From: Eledone cirrhosa
Taxonomy: Eukaryota
DNA: 64,000 nucleotides
Assembly: GCA_964016885.1 (NCBI GenBank)
Contig: OZ024741.1
Coordinates: 357,492,001 to 357,556,000, forward strand
Direction of reading: 5' to 3'
The notes under the pieces are model-generated. The model was not told the origin of the DNA and searched no databases. It saw only the letters and a list, made by a program, of their open reading frames with translations. Positions 1 to 13,008 of the stretch are shown piece by piece. The position numbers and the translations under genes were made by a program. Position 1 is the stretch's first letter, and the number at the start of each line of letters is the position of its first letter.

Positions 1-14
1 AATAGTCTTGCTCA

Positions 15-760
15 GTGTGCAGGAAAAGAGTCGGTAGAAATTCTATCCTGTGTCATGAATGCAAAATATGGATACACAAGAGATGTTGTGGGAAATCAGG
101 CAGGCTAGCAAAAAAAAAAGACTTCATATGTGGATGTTGTACAGGGACAGTAAGCAAAAGCCCCCAGGCTCTTTTAAATGTACAAGTTGTAGAACAAGTT
201 AATATTTTCTGCTCCCTGGGAAACCAAATCAGCAGTGGATGTGGGAGCTCAGAAAATACAGTTGCTAGAGTAAGAATGGGATGGAAAAGGTTCAGAGAGC
301 TGCTGCCACCGCTAGCTGCAAAAGATTTCTTCCTCAAGATAATAAAAGGGAAGTTGTATGATGTTTGTGTGCAAACAGCAACGATACATGGAAATGAAAC
401 CTAGGTACTGTGCACCAAGGATCTACGTAGATTGGAAAGAAATGAAGCTTGTATACTCCAATGGATGTGTAAAAGTGGTGTGCATGAAGGGCAAAGTGTA
501 ATGAATTGAGAATGAAACTGAGTATAAGAAGGATCAAGTGCTGGGTGCAGGAGAGAAGATTGCAATGGTATGAACATGTGATGTGCATGAGGATGACAGA
601 TATATAAAAAGGTGCAGGGCACTCGAAGTTGTAAGGTGTCTCAGAAGTGGAAGACCTAGGAAGATGCGGAATGAAATGATAAAGGCAGACCTGGCACAGC
701 TGAACCTCTTGATGGAGATGACACAGGACTGAGACCTCAGGCGCTATGACGAGTGGCAGA
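15..760 (+). mobile_element. RTE-clade LINE, 3' fragment (decayed ORF2 C-terminus with Cys-rich insert)
   Basis: Translation gives CHECKIWIHKRC, ARVRMGWKRFRELLP, KGKLYDVCV..HGNET, then RRLQWYEHV and GRPRK in shifted frames. These are typical RTE post-RT motifs, with stops and frameshifts. Confidence 0.8.
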
Positions 761-809
761 AGATCAGAGCTGAGACCCCTGCCATTGATGATACTGTGTG
801 TGTGACAAG

Positions 810-988
810 GCTGGCCTTTGAATTACAGATACAATCCATCCAATGAGCTTCCATACAGCTTCCATCGACCCAGTTTCACTCACAAGGCTTGGCTCAAGCC
901 AAGGCTATGGTAAATAACACTTTCCCAAAATGCCATGCAGGAACTAATGATTGTAAAGAGAACTTCTTAATCATTCAGCCATGCTGCA
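810..988 (-). mobile_element. tRNA-derived SINE, family C
   Basis: Core tttcactcacaaggct...aaggctat...acact recurs near 30340-30500, 47210-47310 and 50180-50380, and inverted at 63005-63135. A related head is at about 55160. Confidence 0.6.
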
Positions 989-1329
989 TCTACATATATC
1001 CAATAATTCTAGTATATATGGCATACCAATCCTCCACTTCAAAAATTGAATATGTTCAACACTACTGCCATCAGCCCTAACACAGCTTATGCCAGTCTGA
1101 GGCTATGCTAAATGAAAGTGGGATTGAACCCAACACCCAATGATTACATAGCAAACTTCTTAACAATTCGACCCTGCTGCATCCACATCATCATCATGAT
1201 CATTTAACATCTGTTCTCCTTGCTAGCAAGGGTTTCATGGGGGTGTTACAGACCAATTCAGTTCTCAAGTTGAGCTACTGATCTCTCAGTCTAAAGTCTA
1301 AAGTCTGTCTTAAGCCATTTAAAGCGCGT

Positions 1330-1573
1330 TAGGCTGGTACTTATCCAGGGTTTTGTAGCGTGAAAAGACTGAGAGTACATGAGTCCCTCCTGGACAGGAC
1401 GCCAGTCCATCGCAGGGTTAAACCCCCAGCTAATGCTGGTACTCATTTTCAGCTGAGTTTACAGGAGCAACATGAAATGAAGTTCTTTGTTCAAGAATAC
1501 AACACGCAATCCAGGGATCGAACCCATGACATTATGATCGTAAGTCCAACACCTACCACTAGGCCATGCACCA
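1330..1573 (-). mobile_element. tRNA-derived SINE, family B
   Basis: The minus strand has an A-box (TGGCCTAGTGG), a B-box (GGTTCGATCC) and a central cctgcgatggactggcgtcctgtccagg block. It is homologous to 30575-30810 and 57700-58142. Confidence 0.75.
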
Positions 1574-1699
1574 CCACTAGGCCATGCACCACCACTAGGC
1601 CATGCACCACCACTAGGCCATGCACCACCACTAGGCCATGCACCACCACTAGGCCATGCACCACCACTAGGCCATGCACCACCACTAGGCCATGCACCA
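1556..1699. repeat. 18-bp tandem repeat x8 (CCACTAGGCCATGCACCA)
   Basis: Perfect period-18 copies start at 1556, 1574 and so on to 1682. Confidence 0.95.
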
Positions 1700-1984
1700 C
1701 CACAGTAATCTCAGTAAACCTGGTATATATGACATACCAATCTTCAACTCCAGATATCAAATATGTTCAATGCTATTGCCATCATTATTGATGACATGGG
1801 TCTACTATTATGAATTAAAGATGAGGTAATCAATGATATTGTTCGACTAGTCAAATTAGGTACACTATACACCAACCAATCGACTTAATCACACCATAAC
1901 TCCATCCTCTTTTTCATTGCTTTATCAATATTAATAAGATTTTTCTTTACAGATCTTTTTTCAATATAATTTAATAAGTTGCCT

Positions 1985-2434
1985 TGCTTGTTGTTGCTAT
2001 TGCTGCTGTTGTTGGTGGTGGTGGTGGTGACAGTGGTGGTGTCCTTGTTGTTGTTGGTGGTGGTGGTGGTGGCAGTGGTGGTGTCCTTGTTGTTGTTGTT
2101 GTTGGTGGTGGTGACAGTGGTGGTGTCCTTGTTGTTGTTGTTGTTGGTGGTGGTGGCAGTGGTGGTGTCCTTGTTGTTGTTGTTGGTGGTGGCAGTGGTG
2201 GTGTCCTTGTTGTTGTTGGTGGTGGTGGTGGTGGCAGTGGTGGTGTCCTTGTTGTTGGTGGTGGTGGTGGTGGTGACAGTGGTGGTGTCCTTGTTGTTGT
2301 TGTTGTTGTTGGTGGTGGTGGTGACAGTGGTGGTGTCCTTGTTGTTGTTGGTGGTGGTGGTGGTAGTGGTGGCAGTGGTGGTGTCCTTGTTGTTGTTGTT
2401 GGTGGTGGTGGTGGCAGTGGTGGTGTCCTTGTTG

Positions 2435-2465
<31 letters not shown>

Positions 2466-2527
2466 CAGTGGTGGTGTCCTTGTTGTTGTTGTTGTTGGTG
2501 GTGGTGGGAGTGGTGGTGTCCTTGTTG

Positions 2528-2559
<32 letters not shown>

Positions 2560-2575
2560 GGTGGTGTCCTTGTTG

Positions 2576-2607
<32 letters not shown>

Positions 2608-2704
2608 GGTGGTGTCCTTGTTGTTGTTGTTGTTGGTGGTGGTGGCAGTGGTGGTGTCCTTGTTGTTGTTGTTGTTGTTGGTGGTGGCAGTGGTGGTGTC
2701 CTTG

Positions 2705-2736
<32 letters not shown>

Positions 2737-2830
2737 GTCCTTGTTGTTGTTGTTGTTGGTGGTGGTGGCAGTGGTGGTGTCCTTGTTGTTGTTGTTGTTG
2801 GTGGTGGTGGCAGTGGTGGTGTCCTTGTTG

Positions 2831-2862
<32 letters not shown>

Positions 2863-2968
2863 GGTGGTGGTGGTGTCCTTGTTGTTGTTGTTGTTGGTGG
2901 TGGTGGCAGTGGTGGTGTCCTTGTTGTTGTTGTTGGTGGTGGTGGTGGCAGTGGTGGTGTCCTTGTTG

Positions 2969-3000
<32 letters not shown>

Positions 3001-3106
3001 GGTGGTGGTGGTGTCCTTGTTGTTGTTGTTGTTGGTGGTGGTGGCAGTGGTGGTGTCCTTGTTGTTGTTGTTGTTGGTGGTGGTGGCAGTGGTGGTGTCC
3101 TTGTTG

Positions 3107-3138
<32 letters not shown>

Positions 3139-3244
3139 GGTGGTGGTGGTGTCCTTGTTGTTGTTGTTGGTGGTGGTGGTGGCAGTGGTGGTGTCCTTGT
3201 TGTTGTTGTTGGTGGTGGTGGTGGCAGTGGTGGTGTCCTTGTTG

Positions 3245-3276
<32 letters not shown>

Positions 3277-3382
3277 GGTGGTGGTGGTGTCCTTGTTGTT
3301 GTTGTTGTTGGTGGTGGTGGCAGTGGTGGTGTCCTTGTTGTTGTTGTTGTTGGTGGTGGTGGCAGTGGTGGTGTCCTTGTTG

Positions 3383-3414
<32 letters not shown>

Positions 3415-3433
3415 GGTGGTGGTGTCCTTGTTG

Positions 3434-3465
<32 letters not shown>

Positions 3466-3493
3466 GGTGGTGGTGGTGTCCTTGTTGTTGTTG

Positions 3494-3525
<32 letters not shown>

Positions 3526-3541
3526 GGTGGTGTCCTTGTTG

Positions 3542-3573
<32 letters not shown>

Positions 3574-3595
3574 GGTGGTGGTGTCCTTGTTGTTG

Positions 3596-3627
<32 letters not shown>

Positions 3628-3805
3628 GGTGGTGGTGTCCTTGTTGTTGTTGTTGTTGGTGGTGGGGGCAGTGGTGGTGTCCTTGTTGTTGTTGTTGTTG
3701 TTGGTGGTGGTGGTGTCCTTGTTGTTGTTGTTGTTGGTGGTGGTGGCAGTGGTGGTGTCCTTGTTGTTGTTGTTGTTGGTGGTGGTGGCAGTGGTGGTGT
3801 CCTTG

Positions 3806-3837
<32 letters not shown>

Positions 3838-4024
3838 GGTGGTGGTGGTGTCCTTGTTGTTGTTGTTGTTGGTGGTGGTGGCAGTGGTGGTATCCTTGTT
3901 GTTGTTGTTGTTGGTGGTGGTGGCAGTGGTGGTGTCCTTGTTGTTGTTGTTGTTGTTGGTGGTGGTGGCAGTGGTGGTGTCCTTGTTGTTGTTGGTGTTG
4001 GTGGTGGTGGCAGTGGTGGTGTCC

Positions 4025-4055
<31 letters not shown>

Positions 4056-4165
4056 CAGTGGTGGTGGTGTCTTTGTTGTTGTTGTTGTTGTTGGTGGTGG
4101 TGGCAGTGGTGGTGTCCTGGTTGTTGTTGTTGGTGGTGGTGGTGGTGGCAGTGGTGGTGTCCTTG

Positions 4166-4197
<32 letters not shown>

Positions 4198-4648
4198 GGC
4201 AGTGGTGGTGTCCTTGTTGTTGTTGTTGTTGTTGGTGTTGGTGGTGGTGGCAGTGGTGGTGTCCTTGTTGTTGTTGTTGGTGGTGGTGGTGGTGGTGTCC
4301 TTGTTGTTGTTGGTGTTGGTGGTGGTGGCAGTGGTGGTGTCCTTGTTGTTGTTGTTGGTGGTGGTGGTGGCAGTGGTGGTGGTGTCCTTGTTGTTGTTGT
4401 TGGTGGTGGTGGTGGTGGCAGTGGTGGTGTCCTTGTTGTTGTTGGTGGTGTTGGTGGTGGTGGCAGTGGTGGTGTCCTTGTTGTTGTTGTTGGTGGTGGT
4501 GGTGGTGGTGTCCTTGTTGTTGTTGGTGTTGGTGGTGGTGGCAGTGGTGGTGTCCTTGTTGTTGTTGTTGGTGGTGGTGGTGGCAGTGGTGGTGGTGTCC
4601 TTGTTGTTGTTGTTGGTGGTGGTGGTGGTGGCAGTGGTGGTGTCCTTG

Positions 4649-4680
<32 letters not shown>

Positions 4681-4729
4681 GGTGTCCTTGTTGTTGTTGG
4701 TGTTGGTGGTGGTGGCAGTGGTGGTGTCC

Positions 4730-4761
<32 letters not shown>

Positions 4762-4807
4762 GTCCTTGTTGTTGTTGGTGTTGGTGGTGGTGGCAGTGGT
4801 GGTGTCC

Positions 4808-4838
<31 letters not shown>

Positions 4839-4930
4839 CAGTGGTGGTGTCCTTGTTGTTGTTGTTGGTGGTGGTGGTGGTGGTGTCCTTGTTGTTGTTG
4901 GTGTTGGTGGTGGTGGCAGTGGTGGTGTCC

Positions 4931-4961
<31 letters not shown>

Positions 4962-5332
4962 CAGTGGTGGTGGTGTCTTTGTTGTTGTTGTTGTTGTTGG
5001 TGGTGGTGGCAGTGGTGGTGTCCTGGTTGTTGTTGTTGGTGGTGGTGGTGGTGGCAGTGGTGGTGTCCTTCTGGTTGTTGTTGTTGGTGGTGGTGGCAGT
5101 GGTGGTGTCCTTGTTGTTGTTGTTGTTGGTGGTGGTGACAGTGGTGGTGTCCTTGTTGTTGTTGTTGGTGGTGGTGGTGGCAGTGGTGGTGTCCTTGTTG
5201 TTGTTGTTGTTGGTGGTGGTGGCAGTGGTGGTGTCCTTGTTGTTGTTGGTGGTGTTGGTGGTGGTGGCAGTGGTGGTGTCCTTGTTGTTGTTGGTGGTGT
5301 TGGTGGTGGTGGTGGTGGCAGTGGTGGTGTCC

Positions 5333-5364
<32 letters not shown>

Positions 5365-5512
5365 GGTGGCAGTGGTGGTGTCCTTGTTGTTGTTGTTGTT
5401 GGTGGTGGTGGCAGTGGTGGTGTCCTTGTTGTTGTTGTTGTTGGTGGTGGTGGCAGTGGTGGTGTCCTTGTTGTTGTTGTTGTTGGTGGTGGTGGCAGTG
5501 GTGGTGTCCTTG

Positions 5513-5544
<32 letters not shown>

Positions 5545-5644
5545 GGCAGTGGTGGTGTCCTTGTTGTTGTTGTTGTTGGTGGTGGTGGCAGTGGTGGTGT
5601 CCTTGTTGTTGTTGTTGTTGGTGGTGGTGGCAGTGGTGGTGTCC

Positions 5645-5676
<32 letters not shown>

Positions 5677-5779
5677 GGTGGCAGTGGTGGTGTCCTTGTT
5701 GTTGTTGTTGTTGGTGGTGGTGGCAGTGGTGGTGTCCTTGTTGTTGTTGTTGTTGGTGGTGGTGGCAGTGGTGGTGTCC

Positions 5780-5811
<32 letters not shown>

Positions 5812-6001
5812 GGTGGCAGTGGTGGTGTCCTTGTTGTTGTTGTTGTTGGTGGTGGTGGCAGTGGTGGTGTCCTTGTTGTTGTTGTTGTTGTTGGTGGTGG
5901 TGGCAGTGGTGGTGTCCTTGTTGTTGTTGTTGTTGGTGGTGGTGGCAGTGGTGGTGTCCTTGTTGTTGTTGTTGTTGGTGGTGGTGGCAGTGGTGGTGTC
6001 C

Positions 6002-6033
<32 letters not shown>

Positions 6034-6136
6034 GGTGGCAGTGGTGGTGTCCTTGTTGTTGTTGTTGTTGGTGGTGGTGGCAGTGGTGGTGTCCTTGTTG
6101 TTGTTGTTGTTGGTGGTGGTGGCAGTGGTGGTGTCC

Positions 6137-6168
<32 letters not shown>

Positions 6169-6232
6169 GGTGGCAGTGGTGGTGTCCTTGTTGTTGTTGT
6201 TGTTGGTGGTGGTGGCAGTGGTGGTGTCCTTG

Positions 6233-6264
<32 letters not shown>

Positions 6265-6364
6265 GGCAGTGGTGGTGTCCTTGTTGTTGTTGTTGTTGGT
6301 GGTGGTGGCAGTGGTGGTGTCCTTGTTGTTGTTGTTGTTGGTGGTGGTGGCAGTGGTGGTGTCC

Positions 6365-6396
<32 letters not shown>

Positions 6397-6499
6397 GGTG
6401 GCAGTGGTGGTGTCCTTGTTGTTGTTGTTGTTGGTGGTGGTGGCAGTGGTGGTGTCCTTGTTGTTGTTGTTGTTGGTGGTGGTGGCAGTGGTGGTGTCC

Positions 6500-6531
<32 letters not shown>

Positions 6532-6892
6532 GGTGGCAGTGGTGGTGTCCTTGTTGTTGTTGTTGTTGGTGGTGGTGGCAGTGGTGGTGTCCTTGTTGTT
6601 GTTGTTGTTGGTGGTGGTGGCAGTGGTGGTGTCCTTGTTGTTGTTGTTGTTGGTGGTGGTGGCAGTGGTGGTGTCCTTGTTGTTGTTGTTGGTGGTGGTG
6701 GCAGTGGTGGTGTCCTTGTTGTTGTTGTTGGTGGTGGTGGTGGTGGCAGTGGTGGTGTCCTTGTTGTTGTTGTTGTTGGTGGTGGTGGCAGTGGTGGTGT
6801 CCTTGTTGTTGTTGGTGGTGGTGGTGGTGGTGACAGTGGTGGTGTCCTTGTTGTTGTTGGTGGTGGTGGTGGTGGCAGTGGCGGTGTCCTTG

Positions 6893-6924
<32 letters not shown>

Positions 6925-6940
6925 GGCAGTGGTGATGTCC

Positions 6941-6971
<31 letters not shown>

Positions 6972-7027
6972 CAGTGGTGGTGTCCTTGTTGTTGTTGGTG
7001 GTGGTGGTGGTGGCAGTGGTGGTGTCC

Positions 7028-7059
<32 letters not shown>

Positions 7060-7162
7060 GGTGGTGGTGTCCTTGTTGTTGTTGTTGGTGGTGGTGGTGG
7101 TGGTGGTGTCCTTGTTGTTGTTGTTGGTGGTGGTGGTGGTGGTGGTGGCAGTGGTGGTGTCC

Positions 7163-7194
<32 letters not shown>

Positions 7195-7255
7195 GGTGGC
7201 AGTGGTGGTGTCCTTGTTGTTGTTGTTGTTGGTGGTGGTGGCAGTGGTGGTGTCC

Positions 7256-7287
<32 letters not shown>

Positions 7288-7657
7288 GGTGGCAGTGGTG
7301 GTGTCCTTGTTGTTGTTGTTGTTGGTGGTGGTGGCAGTGGTGGTGTCCTTGTTGTTGTTATTGGTGGTGGTGGTGGTGGTGGCAGTGGTGGTGTCCTTGT
7401 TGTTGTTGTTGTTGGTGGTGGTGGCAGTGGTGGTGTCCTTGTTGTTGTTGTTGTTGGTGGTGGTGGCAGTGGTGGTGTCCTTGTTGTTGTTGTTGGTGGT
7501 GGTGGTGGTGGCAGTGGTGGTGTCCTTGTTGTTGTTGTTGTTGGTGGTGGTGGCAGTGGTGGTGTCCTTGTTGTTGTTGTTGGTGGTGGTGGTGGTGGCA
7601 GTGGTGGTGTCCTTGTTGTTGTTGTTGTTGGTGGTGGCAGTGGTGGTGTCCTTGTTG

Positions 7658-7689
<32 letters not shown>

Positions 7690-7750
7690 GGTGGTGGTGT
7701 CCTTGTTGTTGTTGTTGTTGTTGTTGGTGGTGGTGGCAGTGGTGGTGTCC

Positions 7751-7781
<31 letters not shown>

Positions 7782-8224
7782 CAGTGGTGGTGTCCTTGTT
7801 GTTGTTATTGGTGGTGGTGGTGGTGGCAGTGGTGGTGTCCTTGTTGTTGTTGTTGTTGGTGGTGGTGGCAGTGGTGGTGTCCTTGTTGTTGTTGTTGTTG
7901 GTGGTGGTGGCAGTGGTGGTGTCCTTGTTGTTGTTATTGGTGGTGGTGGTGGTGGCAGTGGTGGTGTCCTTGTTGTTGTTGTTGTTGGTGGTGGTGGCAG
8001 TGGTGGTGTCCTTGTTGTTGTTGGTGGTGGTGGTGGTGGCAGTGGTGGTGTCCTTGTTGTTGTTGTTGTTGGTGGTGGTGGCAGTGGTGGTGTCCTTGTT
8101 GTTGTTGTTGTTGGTGGTGGTGGCAGTGGTGGTGTCCTTGTTGTTGTTGTTGTTGGTGGTGGTGGCAGTGGTGGTGTCCTTGTTGTTGTTGTTGTTGGTG
8201 GTGGTGGCAGTGGTGGTGTCCTTG

Positions 8225-8256
<32 letters not shown>

Positions 8257-8314
8257 GGCAGTGGTGGTGTCCTTGTTGTTGTTGTTGGTGGTGGTGGTGG
8301 CAGTGGTGGTGTCC

Positions 8315-8346
<32 letters not shown>

Positions 8347-8992
8347 GGTGGCAGTGGTGGTGTCCTTGTTGTTGTTGGTGTTGGTGGTGGTGGCAGTGGT
8401 GGTGTCCTTGTTGTTGTGGTTGGTGGTGGTGGTGGTGGTGGTGGCAGTGGTGGTGTCCTTGTTGTTGTTGGTGTTGGTGGTGGTGGCAGTGGTGGTGTCC
8501 TTGTTGTTGTTGTTGGTGGTGGTGGTGGTGGCAGTGGTGGTGTCCTTGTTGTTGTTGTTGTTGGTGGTGGTGGCAGTGGTGGTGTCCTTGTTGTTGTTGT
8601 TGGTGGTGGTGGTGGCAGTGGTGGTGTCCTTGTTGTTGTTGGTGGTGTTGGTGGTGGTGGTGGTGGCAGTGGTGGTGTCCTTGTTGTTGTTGTTGTTGGT
8701 GGTGGTGGCAGTGGTGGTGTCCTTGTTGTTGTTGGTGGTGTTGGTGGTGGTGGCAGTGGTGGTGTCCTTGTTGTTGTTGGTGGTGTTGGTGGTGGTGGTG
8801 GTGGCAGTGGTGGTGTCCTTGTTGTTGTTGGTGGTGGTGGTGGTGGCAGTGGTGGTGTCCTTGTTGTTGTTGTTGTTGGTGGTGGTGGCAGTGGTGGTGT
8901 CCTTGTTGTTGTTGTTGTTGGTGGTGGTGGCAGTGGTGGTGTCCTTGTTGTTGTTGTTGGTGGTGGTGGTGGTGGCAGTGGTGGTGTCCTTG

Positions 8993-9024
<32 letters not shown>

Positions 9025-9229
9025 GGCAGTGGTGGTGTCCTTGTTGTTGTTGTTGTTGGTGGTGGTGGCAGTGGTGGTGTCCTTGTTGTTGTTGTTGGTG
9101 GTGGTGGTGGTGCTGGTGGCAGTGGTGGTGTCCTTGTTGTTGTTGTTGGTGGTGGTGGTGGTGGTGGTGGCAGTGGTGGTGTCCTTGTTGTTGTTGTTGG
9201 TGGTGGTGGTGGTGGCAGTGGTGGTGTCC

Positions 9230-9260
<31 letters not shown>

Positions 9261-9403
9261 CAGTGGTGGTGTCCTTGTTGTTGTTGTTGGTGGTGGTGGT
9301 GGTGACAGTGGTGGTGTCCTTGTTGTTGTTGTTGTTGGTGGTGGTGGCAGTGGTGGTGCCCTTGTTGTTGTTGGTGGTGGTGGTGGTGGTAGTGGTGGTG
9401 TCC

Positions 9404-9434
<31 letters not shown>

Positions 9435-9769
9435 CAGTGGTGGTGTCCTTGTTGTTGTTGTTGGTGGTGGTGGTGGTGACAGTGGTGGTGTCCTTGTTGT
9501 TGTTGTTGTTGGTGGTGGTGGCAGTGGTGGTGCCCTTGTTGTTGTTGGTGGTGGTGGTGGTGGTAGTGGTGGTGTCCTTGTTGTTGTTGTTGGTGGTGGT
9601 GGTGGTGGTGGTGGCAGTGGTGGTGTCCTTGTTGTTGTTGTTGGTGGTGGTGGTGGTGGCAGTGGTGGTGTCCTTGTTGTTGTTGTTGGTGGTGGTGGTG
9701 GTGGTGGTGGCAGTGGTGGTGTCCTTGTTGTTGTTGTTGGTGGTGGTGGTGGTGGCAGTGGTGGTGTCC

Positions 9770-9800
<31 letters not shown>

Positions 9801-10420
9801 CAGTGGTGGTGTCCTTGTTGTTGTTGTTGGTGGTGGTGGTGGTGACAGTGGTGGTGTCCTTGTTGTTGTTGTTGTTGGTGGTGGTGGCAGTGGTGGTGCC
9901 CTTGTTGTTGTTGGTGGTGGTGGTGGTGGTAGTGGTGGTGTCCTTGTTGTTGTTGTTGGTGGTGGTGGTGGTGGTGGTGGCAGTGGTGGTGTCCTTGTTG
10001 TTGTTGTTGGTGGTGGTGGTGGTGGTGGCAGTGGTGGTGTCCTTGTTGTTGTTGGTGGTGGTGGTGACAGTGGTGGTGTCCTTGTTGTTGTTGTTGGTGG
10101 TGGTGGTGGTGGCAGTGGTGGTGTCCTTGTTGTTGGTGGTGGTGGTGGTGGTGACAGTGGTGGTGTCCTTGTTGTTGTTGTTGGTGGTGGTGGTGGCAGT
10201 GGTGGTGTCCTTGTTGTTGTTGGTGGTGGTGGCAGTGGTGGTGTACTTGTTGTTGTTGTTGGTGGTGGTGGTGGTGGTGGTGGCAGTGGTGGTGTCCTTG
10301 TTGTTGTTGTTGGTGGTGGTGGTGGTGTCCTTGTTGTTGTTGTTGGTGGTGGTGTTGGTGGCAGTGGTGGTGTCCTTGTTGTTGTTGGTGGTGGTGGTGG
10401 TGGTGCCAGTGGTGGTGTCC

Positions 10421-10452
<32 letters not shown>

Positions 10453-10690
10453 GGTGGCAGTGGTGGTGTCCTTGTTGTTGTTGTTGGTGGTGGTGTTGGT
10501 GGCAGTGGTGGTGTCCTTGTTGTTGTTGTTGTTGGTGGTGGTAGTGGTGGTGGCAGTGGTGGTGTCCTTGTTGTTGTTGGTGGTGGTGGTGGTGGTGTCC
10601 TTGTTGTTGTTGGTGGTGGTGGTGTTGGTGGCAGTGGTGGTGTCCTTGTTGTTGTTGGTGGTGGTGGTGGTGGTGACAGTGGTGGTGTCC

Positions 10691-10722
<32 letters not shown>

Positions 10723-10888
10723 GGTGGCAGTGGTGGTGTCCTTGTTGTTGTTGTTGGTGGTGGTGTTGGTGGCAGTGGTGGTGTCCTTGTTGTTGTTGTT
10801 GGTGGTGGTGGTGGTGGTGGTGGCAGTGGTGGTGTCCTTGTTGTTGTTGTTGGTGGTGGTGGTGGTGGCAGTGGTGGTGTCCTTGTTG

Positions 10889-10920
<32 letters not shown>

Positions 10921-11197
10921 GGTGGTGGTGGTGGTGGTGTCCTTGTTGTTGTTGTTGGTGGTGGTGGTGGTGGTGGTGGTGGTGGTGACAGTGGTGGTGT
11001 CCTTGTTGTTGGTGGTGGTGGTGGTGGTGGTGGCAGTGGAGGTGTCCTTGTTGTTGTTGTTGTTGGTGGTGGTGGCAGTGGTGGTGTCCTTGTTGTTGTT
11101 GGTGGTGGTGGTGGTGGTGGTGGTGGCAGTGGTGGTGTCCTTGTTGTTGTTGGTGGTGGTGGAGGTGGTGGTGGTGGCAGTGGTGGTGTCCTTGTTG

Positions 11198-11229
<32 letters not shown>

Positions 11230-11341
11230 GGCAGTGGTGGTGTCCTTGTTGTTGTTGTTGGTGGTGGTGGTGGTGGTGACAGTGGTGGTGTCCTTGTTGT
11301 TGTTGTTGGTGGTGGTGGTGGCAGTGGTGGTGTCCTTGTTG

Positions 11342-11372
<31 letters not shown>

Positions 11373-11431
11373 CAGTGGTGGTGTCCTTGTTGTTGTTGTT
11401 GTTGGTGGTGGTGGCAGTGGTGGTGTCCTTG

Positions 11432-11463
<32 letters not shown>

Positions 11464-11470
11464 GGTGTCC

Positions 11471-11502
<32 letters not shown>

Positions 11503-11569
11503 GGTGGCAGTGGTGGTGTCCTTGTTGTTGTTGGTGGTGGTGGTGGTGGTGGTGGCAGTGGTGGTGTCC

Positions 11570-11601
<32 letters not shown>

Positions 11602-11668
11602 GGTGGCAGTGGTGGTGTCCTTGTTGTTGTTGGTGGTGGTGGTGGTGGTGGTGGCAGTGGTGGTGTCC

Positions 11669-11700
<32 letters not shown>

Positions 11701-11767
11701 GGTGGCAGTGGTGGTGTCCTTGTTGTTGTTGTTGGTGGTGGTGGTGGTGGTGGCAGTGGTGGTGTCC

Positions 11768-11798
<31 letters not shown>

Positions 11799-12802
11799 CA
11801 GTGGTGGTGTCCTTGTTGTTGTTGTTGGTGGTGGTGGTGGCAGTGGTGGTGTCCTTGTTGTTGTTGTTGGTGGTGGTGGTGGTGGTGGTGGCAGTGGTGG
11901 TGTCCTTGTTGTTGTTGGTGGTGGTGGTGGTGGTGGTGGCAGTGGTGGTGTCCTTGTTGTTGTTGTTGTTGGTGGTGACAGTGGTGGTGTCCTTGTTGTT
12001 GTTGTTGGTGGTGGTGGTGGTGGCAGTGTTGGTGTCCTTGTTGTTGTTGGTGGTGGTGGTGACAGTGGTGGTGTCCTTGTTGTTGTTGGTGGTGGTGGTG
12101 ACAGTGGTGGTGTCCTTGTTGTTGTTGTTGGTGGTGGTGGTGGTGGCAGTGGTGGTGTCCTTGTTGTTGTTGGTGGTGGTGGTGGTGGTGACAGTGGTGG
12201 TGTCCTTGTTGTTGTTGTTGTTGGTGGTGGTGGCAGTGGTGGTGTCCTTGTTGTTGTTGGTGATGGTGGCAGTGGTGGTGTCCTTGTTGTTGTTGGTGGT
12301 GGTGGTGGTGGCAGTGGTGGTGTCCTTGTTGTTGTTGGTGGTGGTGGTGGTGGTGGCAGTGGTGGTGTCCTTGTTGGTGTTGGTGGTGGTGGTGGTGGTG
12401 ACAGTGGTGGTGTCCTTGTTGTTGTTGTTGTTGTTGGTGGTGGTGGCAGTGGTGGTGTCCTTGTTGTTGTTGTTGTTGGTGGTGGTGGCAGTGGTGGTGT
12501 CCTTGTTGTTGTTGTTGTTGGTGGTGGTGGCAGTGGTGGTGTCCTTGTTGTTGTTGTTGTTGGTGGTGGTGGCAGTGGTGGTGTCCTTGTTGTTGTTGTT
12601 GGTGGTGGTGGTGGTGGCAGTGGTGGTGTCCTTGTTGTTGTTGTTGGTGGTGGTGGTGGTGGCAGTGGTGGTGTCCTTGTTGTTGTTGTTGTTGGTGGTG
12701 GTGGCAGTGGTGGTGTCCTTGTTGTTGTTGTTGGTGGTGGTGGTGGCAGTGGTGGTGTCCTTGTTGTTGTTGTTGTTGGTGGTGGTGGCAGTGGTGGTGT
12801 CC

Positions 12803-12833
<31 letters not shown>

Positions 12834-12976
12834 CAGTGGTGGTGTCCTTGTTGTTGTTGTTGTTGGTGGTGGTGGCAGTGGTGGTGTCCTTGTTGTTGTT
12901 GTTGTTGGTGGTGGTGGCAGTGGTGGTGTCCTTGTTGTTGTTGTTGGTGGTGGTGGTGGTGGCAGTGGTGGTGTCC

Positions 12977-13008
<32 letters not shown>

